A stretch of DNA of 62,664 nucleotides, filler included, from Asterionella formosa (Eukaryota), in the NCBI GenBank assembly GCA_002256025.1. It is 6 parts of 6 records of this genome, joined end to end, with 100 filler letters (N's around TTAATTAATTAA, not from the genome) between each part and the next. Parts side by side here need not be neighbours in the genome. Positions count along the whole stretch, not along the records: positions 1 to 27,692 come from NKIB01001430.1; positions 27,793 to 29,498 come from NKIB01001435.1; positions 29,599 to 31,303 come from NKIB01001436.1; positions 31,404 to 33,086 come from NKIB01001437.1; positions 33,187 to 34,891 come from NKIB01001438.1; 1 more part is not named here. One strand, written 5' to 3'. The notes beneath the pieces were generated by a model that did no database searches, was not told the origin of the DNA, and was given only the letters and a program-made list of their open reading frames with translations. The position numbers and the translations under genes were made by a program. Shown one piece after another: positions 25,545 through 34,991 of the stretch. The first letter of the stretch is position 1; each line of letters starts with the position of its first letter.

Positions 25545-26329
25545 TCTTAAACTATGTATAGATAGATACCTATTTACATGTACACACTCTGGAGCACGTA
25601 CAAGATTATCAAGAAACACTATCGGCATCATTATTAGGCATACCGGTACCGGTAGGATGATGGGCAAAATAATTTGGCATCGAACAGATCAGCCTTGCAA
25701 CAGCTATCTAGCTCACCGGTGGGTCTATGGCATGTGTAACATGGAGCATTGTTATTTGTTATCATCATGCATGCTATGGGTGGATGATCCCTACATAGGA
25801 ACTCCAGATGTTGGTAGCGGGCGGGGCCTCATCATACATAGGTAAACAGCATGCTGATACCATATTGTACCTGGTACCTGGTACCGTATATACTGAATGA
25901 GGATTGATGCCAGACTGGATCAATAGTACCGGTATTAAATTAGGTACGTCACCATTCAGTAATTTACAGACATGGGGCAGGATGGCTGAACCGGAATTGC
26001 GGTTGAGAGGAAGCAGTCGCTCGCAACGACAGCCTCTGCCTGTGAGCGATCAACAAAATCATCATCCTACGGACGAATGTGTACACATACTGAACCACTG
26101 GTGCATAACTACCAGGGGTACTGGTATGTCACAGGTACTGCCAGTACTGGTTGGTATATATCACGAGTAAATACTATTGTTGTCGTATACTTGACACAAC
26201 AATTTTACCCTTGGGTGCCTCTTTCTTCCTCTCTATAATAGCTACTCCTATTACTTATACTAGTTAGTACCGGTGGTCCATTAGTCTCAATTGCCTCTAC
26301 GGTCCGCAGTATCTACCTCTATTTACCGA

Positions 26330-27037
26330 ATGAACCAACAACCGAAACTGCGGCCCATCGTCAGCATTATCATGGTCATGATTTTTCTTCGTCTTCAATC
26401 CTTCCGAACGAACACTTCAGCATCTTTCCTTGTTGCAGCACTCGCTTCGTCCTCCCCATCGTCTCGATCCATGGCATCCATTCAAACACCAACATCCTCC
26501 ACTTCTGTGCCTCGCGCTGCTGTATCATGTGTAGTACGGTGTTGTTCACCTCAAGACAAGTCTCTGTATTGGTATTTGCTGGTACAACGAGGGAAGGAAC
26601 CCAACAAGGGACTGTGGTCATTACCAGGGGGCAAATTGGAATGGGGAGAAACTATATTAAATGGAGCGAAACGAGAATTATGGGAAGAAACAAGATTATG
26701 CGCTTGCTGTTGGCACAACGAACCAATTGGTATTGTTGATTCAATTCACAAGTCAACAACAGCTAGCAGTACTGGCAACAGTAGTAGTAGTGGTATTGAA
26801 AACAATAGTACTACTACTATTGTTGACTTTCATTATGTCATCTCACAATGCTTTGCACAACTCATGGGCACACCACATCCACCCACTGTGATAGCAGCTG
26901 ATGATGCAGCCAAGGCTGAATGGCATACCATGGAACAAGTCAAACTACGATTTGAACAACAAGAAACTACTATTGGTATTTTACAAGTACTGGAACGAGC
27001 AGAACGGATGTATCAAACTGGTATGTTTCCGCTCTAA
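26330..27037 (+). CDS. Nudix hydrolase (ADP-ribose pyrophosphatase/MutT-like) with N-terminal hydrophobic extension
   Basis: LLVQRGKEPNKGLWSLPGGKLEWGETILNGAKRELWEET contains the Nudix box; FHYVI and AADDA..A.W follow downstream. The start codon is uncertain (26330 or a later ATG). Confidence 0.88.
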   Translation: MNQQPKLRPIVSIIMVMIFLRLQSFRTNTSASFLVAALASSSPSSRSMASIQTPTSSTSVPRAAVSCVVRCCSPQDKSLYWYLLVQRGKEPNKGLWSLPGGKLEWGETILNGAKRELWEETRLCACCWHNEPIGIVDSIHKSTTASSTGNSSSSGIENNSTTTIVDFHYVISQCFAQLMGTPHPPTVIAADDAAKAEWHTMEQVKLRFEQQETTIGILQVLERAERMYQTGMFPL

Positions 27038-27692
27038 TGCTGTGTGGTTTTTGGGTGTTTCCTATCTTGGCAGATGGCAGAAAAGTGCAGAGTCCCTTAC
27101 CTGTGTCATGGTCAATGTTGCACCATAGTGGCTATTCCTATTACTTCCCTACTACTTCTCTCTCTCTCTTTGTATCCAAATGTCTCTTGACACTCCCAAC
27201 CAAATATCCAGTCGGTGGTTCCAAACTTTTGACATAAGTATAGGATACTCTACTAAGAAACTAGTGCCCTTGTTGTTTGTAGGAATAGTTCCACCACAAC
27301 CTCGGCTTGAAGTATACAATCCCTCCTTGCAGTTGCTGTTTGTACTTGCTATAACAATGCATTGATTTGTATCTTGTCCACAAACAATACAATCTATTAC
27401 CAGTAGCTAATTTTTCGATAAATTGTCCCACTTATCATGTCCCTTGCATGAACAAAGACTGAAGAAATTTCATGAAAAGTATCTATATTATATACATTTA
27501 TATTTGAATGGGATTATTATATAGACTACTTTGTATTATGCCTGCAACCTTCAAAATTATGCAAGTTCTATTCTTTATTGCTTTTTGTGAATCCAACAAA
27601 CAAACGAACAATGTGCGAGCGAGCAATGCCGGTTGATTCCCAGATTCGGTCCATTCGTTCCCATAGACTGCTTGGATCGAGTCGTGTTCAAC

Positions 27693-27792
27693 NNNNNNNN
27701 NNNNNNNNNNNNNNNNNNNNNNNNNNNNNNNNNNNNTTAATTAATTAANNNNNNNNNNNNNNNNNNNNNNNNNNNNNNNNNNNNNNNNNNNN
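27693..27792. other. Artificial contig linker 1 (44 N + TTAATTAATTAA + 44 N)
   Basis: Identical 100-bp structure occurs five times; the 12-mer gives stops in all six frames. Confidence 0.97.
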
Positions 27793-28126
27793 GTTGAAGG
27801 TGGTGGGTCGATCTTGACATACAGTGGTCTCCACATCAACAGTTGCTGTTTGCGTTTGTGTGACTGGTTCCATACTATGCGGTTCCATTTGCCTTGCTTG
27901 TAGTATCTTCAGGGAGATTCCAATGACTGATCTGTAGTAACAAATACACAAAAACACTTGGGAGTTATAAGATCGCCAAGTATAACTTTCTGTCTGGTGC
28001 TGTATAATTGTATCAATGGTGTTGCTTGGACGATGTACGCAGCCAGCATAAAATTGAAGGAATAGTATATGCCATTTATATTATCACTGGTGCCTTGCCT
28101 TGCAGGCTTATTTTCGGTTATTTTAT

Positions 28127-28330
28127 TAGTGACAACGGAAATGATACCCGCGTGAAAACGTCAGTATCACTGATACCGTTTTTGGAGGGGGCAAAAAAAG
28201 GTATCAATTTTGTATCAATGATACAAAATTGATACCATCAAGTTACCGTTGCTGATACCGTGTTTTGATACCAACCGTCACTTTTTGCCCGCAACCCGGA
28301 AATGATACAGCAAATTCGGAATGATAAGAA
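28127..28330 (+). mobile_element. Putative DNA-transposon end (hAT-like) with GATAC(C) subterminal repeats and a perfect hairpin
   Basis: Begins TAGTGACAACGGAAATGATACC and carries many GATAC/GTATC motifs in both orientations. Perfect 18-bp inverted repeat ggtatcaattttgtatca-a-tgatacaaaattgatacc at 28200-28236. Confidence 0.4.
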
Positions 28331-28344
28331 CGACCCTTAAAGAG

Positions 28345-29025
28345 TGATTAGATTAGTTTAACCGGACTAGAATAACGAGTCACACGAGTACACAATACTT
28401 CATGCGTCAGACAAAAAGATAGATCAGAAGGACAGACTTGCGATTTATAACATCCCCCCGTCTCTCGAAGAATAAAAAGTAAGAGAAAGAAAATGAAAGC
28501 AATAGTTGTCAGAGGACGGAAGAAAAAGGATGAGCAAGAGCCCAATGACCAGCATCAAGGAAAGAATATCCCATCATGGTCATGCAGTGAGCACTGAGAG
28601 TAGCAAATGGTAAAGCTTTGGTGAAGTGGTCCGCATAATTGTGAGCAGATGACACACGGTGAAAAGAGACTCGACCATGGCGAACATGTTCCTGGAGAGC
28701 CTGTGTCTTAGTGGCTATATGACGAACATTGCGAGTGAGTTTGCCAGCGTGAGCAATAATTTGTGCAGCTGAGTTATCTTCACCGATAGCAATAGGAGTG
28801 TGGTAAGGGAGAGACATGTCTTCCATATAAATTCGTAGCCAGAGCACATGTTTAGATAATGTAGTAGCAGCATCTAGTTCAGCTTCTGTTGTATTGTAAG
28901 CAGTGGTACTTTGTTTGCGACACAATGTAATAACAGCTGTACCATTGATCATGACTACTCCGCCAGAATAGGCAAGACGGTCAAAAACCGCCCCTCCAAA
29001 ATTTGCATCGGCAAATCCCGTGGTG
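28345..29025 (-). mobile_element. Ty1/Copia 3' fragment: RNase H, polypurine tract and start of the 3' LTR
   Basis: GFADANFGG...RKQSTTAYNTTEAEL...IGEDNSAA...RHIATK...NYADHFTKAL is Copia RNase H. The minus-strand PPT GAGAGACGGGGGGA is followed directly by TGTTA at 28452. The LTR end near 28345 (..TAATCA) is tentative. Confidence 0.85.
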
Positions 29026-29031
29026 ATTGGG

Positions 29032-29170
29032 GCTAAACCTTGGCTAGTTTTCACACCTGAAAAATGCTTCTGTTCCTGCAGAAGGTGAGGCAAGGTGATT
29101 GCTAAACCTTGGCTAGTTTTCACACCTGAAAAATGCTTCTGTTACTGCAGAAGGCGAGGCAAGGTGATTG
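29032..29170. repeat. Tandem duplication, 2 x 69 bp, abutting the truncated Copia RNase H
   Basis: gctaaaccttggctagttttcacacctgaaaaatgcttctgtt.ctgcagaagg.gaggcaaggtgatt occurs at 29032 and 29101. Confidence 0.9.
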
Positions 29171-29198
29171 CATTACATCTAAGACGCGAAATACGCCA

Positions 29199-29498
29199 CT
29201 TTTCGAAATTTCGTCTACGTATGAGTGTTAATTATGTGGTACTTCACATGCATTAATGCCACTCTTCACGTAAAAAAGATTACTTTTAACGGTTTCATGT
29301 GAAGTTTTAACTGCTTCATGTGATGTTTTCACAATGAATTTTGAACGCGAGACTGAATTAGTTGATGTTTCAAATAATTCATTTAACTTTTCGAAATTTC
29401 GTTTACGTACGAGTGTTAATTATGTGGTACTTCACATGCATTAATGCCACTCTTCACGTAAAAAGGTTACTTTTAACGGTTTCATGTGAAGTTTTAAC
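29199..29498. repeat. Direct repeat with ~190-bp period, running into the contig end
   Basis: cttttcgaaatttcgt.tacgta.gagtgttaattatgtggtacttcacatgcattaatgccactcttcacg...gtgaagttttaac at ~29199 and ~29388. Confidence 0.88.
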
Positions 29499-29598
29499 NN
29501 NNNNNNNNNNNNNNNNNNNNNNNNNNNNNNNNNNNNNNNNNNTTAATTAATTAANNNNNNNNNNNNNNNNNNNNNNNNNNNNNNNNNNNNNNNNNNNN
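29499..29598. other. Artificial contig linker 2
   Basis: N-run + TTAATTAATTAA + N-run, 100 bp. Confidence 0.97.
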
Positions 29599-30191
29599 GA
29601 AATGAGAAAAATTAACCCTAACTCGCCTGGTATCAACCCAATTGCCACGTCTGCAAATAGAAAACATCTTATTTGTGTGATGCATCTTATAATAACGATT
29701 ACATGATCATATAAATTCGATTTATCATCTATGCTATAACACGATCTCATACATTCTGTTGTTCTTTCAACAAAGACAACAATATCAAGTAATGAAAAGA
29801 TTCTAGACAAAAATAATTTGTCAAGGATTTGCCATGAAGAGGAACATCCCAATGACAATAAAGGAATCTGTTCATCCTACTGAAGATCAACCTGTTTTCG
29901 AAAATCAAACTTCTGTTCAGGATATTGTGGAAGAGATCAAGTTGTTGAAGAACAAAAATGCCATAATCAGCCAGACTTTGTTCGACCTTTCCAAATTCGT
30001 TATGCCATTGACCGGGATGATCGAAATGGTATTTTTATTGAATCAAATGAAGCTGAAAAAGATTCTGTCAATAATACCATCATGGAGAATCCCAAGGGCA
30101 GTTCATGTATAGAGTAAAATGCATGACAATTATGTCAACTCATGCCTCCCATTGTCACCCGATGTATATCGAGTGTACATATGTGATTTAA

Positions 30192-30878
30192 GTGTACGGT
30201 AAGAGATCATCTTGTGGAAATAATCATTTTGTTCATTACATATTTGGTCTCAAGGAAGGGATATGTCAAATCCGCAATCCAGCAGAAGCAGCCACAGTCC
30301 AAGAACATCTCGATCAAGTGTTTCACCTTGCCATCATCCCTGGATGTAAAAGGGGGAAAATAGCATCATGGGATGCCTACCTTCTGATCCATGCTTTTAA
30401 ACCATAACAGGTCATTCAGAGTGAGAGTTTCTTCTATCATTCCACAAAAGCTCCATTGCAATTTTTTATGGCAACTACACATGACTCACTATTATTTCAG
30501 CCAGAAGGTGATACTGGATGGTCCTGTGGACCATTTGCTGTTGTGAAATTTTTAGAAAGAAAACAATTTTGTTGGATGTCAGGCTCAATTTCGTCTAGAG
30601 AACTGCAATTGGAAGCAGTTGGACGTCATGTTAGTATCATCAGATCATGTGGGCAATCCGTCGAAAGTAACTCATGTAAAGAAGATGGAAACTTTTTTGG
30701 CCTTGGAACCGTTTGGTCTAAACAGTCATTGAAGGTTCTTACCAAGTTGGAGAAGGTGCAAATGGAAAAAGCTGTAATTGCCTTCTTCATAAAGAAAGTT
30801 GTTCAGAATAGTTTTATGGACTTGAAAATGTTGAATGAAACATTTGGAAAGCCCCCTTGCAACTTCTTGCTTGAATGA
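30192..30878 (+). pseudogene. Possible decayed Ulp1/C48-like cysteine protease (transposon cargo type)
   Basis: Same-frame fragments separated by a stop: CGNNHFVHYIF (His box) and FQPEGDTGWSCGPFAV (Q..G.SCG.F Cys box). Weak, motif-only evidence. Confidence 0.3.
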
Positions 30879-31303
30879 CCAGGAAGTTGATGCCTAGCTA
30901 CCTCTACCATGGTGATGTCACATCTGAAATTTCCCCTTTCAATTGCGAGTCAGTATCATCTGGACTCTCAAGTGACGTTGCTATCAATGAGAAATTTGCT
31001 CTTTGTCAACGCGTTGAAAACGCATTGCAGATTAGAGATAAGCTAAAATTTTTAAGATCAGTTTGCACAATAGGATTGCAGTGCTTTGTACTATTTGCTA
31101 CATGACGCATTATTGAATATACATGTATCTACCAGTATTCGGTATTTATTGACGAAAAAGCAATACGTGGACATCATGTTATATTCATTTCTATTCATAC
31201 CGCTGCCCACAAATCGATCCCTCTAATCTATTTTGATTTTTCGCCCAAACGATGTCATTATGAACCTTTCACTGGTGCTCGTTATGCAACTATGAATTTG
31301 GGA

Positions 31304-31403
31304 NNNNNNNNNNNNNNNNNNNNNNNNNNNNNNNNNNNNNNNNNNNNTTAATTAATTAANNNNNNNNNNNNNNNNNNNNNNNNNNNNNNNNNNNNNNNNN
31401 NNN
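31304..31403. other. Artificial contig linker 3
   Basis: N-run + TTAATTAATTAA + N-run, 100 bp. Confidence 0.97.
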
Positions 31404-32752
31404 CTAGTATTGATTGAGAGGAAGCAATGGTAGAATGGCTGCCAAACGGGCGGGGGCAAACACAGAGAATCCTACTAATTTTTCTTCCCAATGATCCCAG
31501 TCCCTTCTTGAATGTCACTTGCTACAGAAAATGTAGAACAGCCGCCATGATCTGTTGATTGTTGCTTTATGGTGCCACTGACCGAGACCTCCAGAAATCT
31601 CAATGAGTTGCTTGTTTCTTGACTTGAATGCAAAAGGGATCGAAACCAGTGGAAAAATCAAAACAAGGGAACTAAAAATGCTCTGCAAACATCATCAGGA
31701 CAATTGTGAAAGAGAAATGAAGGTTCTTGGGAGGAGAAGTAAAGGGATAATTGCTTCTGCTGGTCTTGCGGGAACAAGAATAGATTGACCCAAACAATGT
31801 TGACAAATAGGTACCTACGGGAAAAAGAAGCAATGATTTCAGCATCATCAATCTATACACAAGCCTGCACCACCTGATGTCGTCAGTATATCTACCTCAA
31901 CTTCATCAATGAAGAAGTCAATGGGTGGAGCATGTGAGGAAAATCGGGGTTGAGGTTTTCTTGACGCCAACGTGGGCCTGCTTGGCTGAACTCCTTGCAG
32001 ATGAAGGCATTGAGTAACCTGGGCCTGTGAAGCCAAAGGATAAAGAAAAATCTATAAAGAAAAATCTATGACAAGGGTGCATTGTGAGACAGTGTTTAGG
32101 AAAGGGAGCAAAAGTTATCATAGCTGAACGCATTCGAAACTTGTATAGACAATAAATGGTGGCATGCCATGGCTGCTCTTGGCTGACAGCTGCCAAGTCA
32201 AGTACAAACACAACGAGCCAGGGTGCACAAAAGACAGTCCAGATTTAATCGACTGCTGGCTGATACTTAGTTGTGAGACTCACCATTCTGCAATGGGGTG
32301 GACTTTGATCATTGCTTTGTTCAAAGCACAATCAATTCAAATGCTGTCCAGTGAAACAGCCAATGAAAACAATTGTGGCGAAAAAGCGCAGAACAGATCA
32401 AGAGCAAGATTTCATAGGAATTAAAATAACAGGGCATATATTGCTGATGCACTGCTCCTTGTGTAGACTAGCTATGTTTGATCATTTCCATATTTCATAC
32501 TATACAGGTGCAGCATGGATGACTCCTCCCGCCCTTTCATTAGATATGCAGCCATATTTTAGGATTGGTAGTCTGGTGGTCATCCTTTCCGCATTGTATA
32601 TACCAGTAGGAGTCATGTATGCATGCATGCTGCGATAATTCTTACAAGACATAAAAATTTGGTAGCTTGGGGGTTATCACTTCCATACTGAATACACGGG
32701 GGAAGGGGCTGCATGCATGAGCAACTACTCCGGTATAAACTATGATCTTTAA
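31404..32752 (+). repeat. Dispersed repeat, copy A (~1.35 kb; homologous to 58300-59749)
   Basis: Colinear similarity from ctagtattgattgagaggaagcaatggtagaatg through tatgatctttaa, with scattered indels and substitutions. Confidence 0.93.
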
Positions 32753-32965
32753 GGTTCCTGCATTTGAACCCCTAGCTAAAGGTAGGGTTAAAAAAATAAT
32801 ATTAAGTCAGAGTAGTCAAACATAGACTTCTTACGAGCAAAACGTAAATGTATATCGCTAAACGGAGCTTTCACCAATACACACCCTTTCCACATGCTTA
32901 AATACAGTCATTTATCAAAGTAGGGGTATAGGTCAACGCTATATATCGTCAGGATATAGGATCTG

Positions 32966-33086
32966 GCGAGAAACTGCAGAAAGGAACTTCGGTTTTTTAA
33001 CTATGCTGAAAATAGTGGATTTTACCGGGCTAACTCGTTTATTTGGCCTAGTAAAAAAACCGCAGTTCCTTTCTGCAGTTTCTCGC
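32966..33086. repeat. ~38-bp inverted repeat with ~45-bp spacer at the contig end
   Basis: gcgagaaactgcagaaaggaacttcggttttttaacta (32966) pairs with tagtaaaaaaaccgcagttcctttctgcagtttctcgc (33049-33086). Confidence 0.85.
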
Positions 33087-33186
33087 NNNNNNNNNNNNNN
33101 NNNNNNNNNNNNNNNNNNNNNNNNNNNNNNTTAATTAATTAANNNNNNNNNNNNNNNNNNNNNNNNNNNNNNNNNNNNNNNNNNNN
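33087..33186. other. Artificial contig linker 4
   Basis: N-run + TTAATTAATTAA + N-run, 100 bp. Confidence 0.97.
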
Positions 33187-34891
33187 CGTACGAGTCAAGT
33201 AATATGGCAAATGTGATTGCCTTGTCAGGTCAGTGGACAAAATGCACGATTAACGAGAATGAGAACCCCGACATTTGGTTTGTGGAGTTGGATAGAATTC
33301 GAGAACGATTGAGTCATACGAGCTCCGCAATTTCGGATGGTGCCTATGTGGCCCATGTTATCAACAACCTACCGGAAGTCTACAAGAGTTTGGTGGTTGG
33401 AAAATTTGGTCTCGCGAGCTCCGAGCTCACAATCCAAGAGGTCAAGAAGGAGAATGTACGCGACTATTACGATTTGTATGTGCGTGACGAAACCAAGACG
33501 AATAAGAATGGCGAGCAGGCCTTCTTTTCAAAAAGCAAGTTTAAGGGAGACTGCAGGAAGTGTGGCAAGTATGGCCACAAGGCAGTTGATTGCCGAAACA
33601 AGGGCAATACTACAGAAAAGAGAGATTTAACTCCCGAGCAACGAAATAAGAGAAAGAATGTGAAGTGTTATAATTGCCAGAAGATGGGGCACTATGCCAG
33701 TGAGTGCAACAATCAAAAAAATGCACCAATCAAACAGAAGGGAGAAGACGCCAATACTACTACGCAAGGAATGTTCGTGGTGACGTGTATTGAGGCAAGG
33801 TACAATGAAGAGGTAAATTATACGTGCGTGCATAAGGACCGTTGGCTACTAGATAGTGGCGCTACGGTACATATATGCAATGATGAGCGCATCATGGAGG
33901 ACAAGCGCGCAGTGCGTGAAACTGTTCTTGTGGGAAACGGCGCAGCAATTGTTGCGACCGTATCAGGCACGGTGACCCTTACGACGACAGACAAAGGAAA
34001 AGTGTTGAAACTCACCAATGTGCTCTATGCACCGGAGTTCAAGCAGAACATTATCAGCATTTCGAGAATTATTGACAAGGGAAATAAAGTTATGTTTGAC
34101 GATGATAAGATGACGATCAGAAACAACAACGGATTTTTGATCTGTAAACGTGATGAAACGAGGACAATTGGTGCAATGTACCATGTGCAAGGAACGCCTA
34201 TTCTAAAGGAAACGGTGTTGGAGGTTGAACAAGAAAGCGAGAAGCCAACACAACAATCCATCGACTATGATACTAAAGAAGACGAGAATGAATGGACGAC
34301 GAAAGCGATAGATGAAACGATCGAGAAAAGAAACGCGAACGAAAATAATGATGTGATTGTGGAAATAAATGAAGCGCATGAAATGCTTGGACATGTGGGG
34401 GAAAAATGTCTTCGTGAGACATCGAAATTATTTGGGTGGAAACTTGTTGGAAATTTAAAGGTGTGCGCAGGATGCGCAGCAGCCAAGGCGAAAGCACGCG
34501 CAGTACCCAAGATGACGCAAGAGAAGGCTACGACACCAGGAGAAAGACTGTTTATTGATATTAGCGGACCCTACGCAAAATCCGCTGTGGGAAATCAGTA
34601 TTGGGTGATGGCCGTGGACGATTATACAAGGAAACGCTGGAGTTATTTTATTAAGAAGAAAAGTGACATCGGAACTGTCATTGGAGCGTTACTCACAAAA
34701 CTTGCAGGTGCAGGACATAAGACTAAATTTGTCCGATGTGATGACGCAGGTGAGAAATCCAAGCAACTAGAGAAAATTTTCAAACCAGTCACCAACCAAC
34801 AGGATACGGAGATATCAGTACGAGAAGATAATGAAGAGTTACATGACGATTTTTACGACGAGTTCGAACCTCGAGAAGTGTCCGATAATGA
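33187..34891 (+). mobile_element. Ty1/Copia gag-pol fragment (gag, 2 CCHC knuckles, aspartic protease, pre-integrase HHCC, partial integrase)
   Basis: CRKCGKYGHKAVDC and CYNCQKMGHYASEC knuckles, WLLDSGATVHIC protease, H..LGH...C..C, and ERLFIDISGP...VDDYTR...RCDDAGE integrase, in Copia order. The ORF is open across the whole contig. Confidence 0.95.
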
Positions 34892-34991
34892 NNNNNNNNN
34901 NNNNNNNNNNNNNNNNNNNNNNNNNNNNNNNNNNNTTAATTAATTAANNNNNNNNNNNNNNNNNNNNNNNNNNNNNNNNNNNNNNNNNNNN
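34892..34991. other. Artificial contig linker 5
   Basis: N-run + TTAATTAATTAA + N-run, 100 bp. Confidence 0.97.

Noticed and set aside
27400..27692. Possible LTR end at the edge of contig 1 (...gtgttcaac)
   Set aside because: Truncated by the gap; no PBS, second copy or internal domain to support it.
27737..27748. TTAATTAATTAA palindrome recurring at ~1.8-kb intervals as a biological repeat or PacI-site array
   Set aside because: Always centred in identical N-runs; it is a six-frame stop linker added during assembly processing.
28345..34891. One complete Copia element made of the RNase H piece and the gag-integrase piece
   Set aside because: They are on opposite strands and on different contigs separated by artificial linkers; RT is missing.
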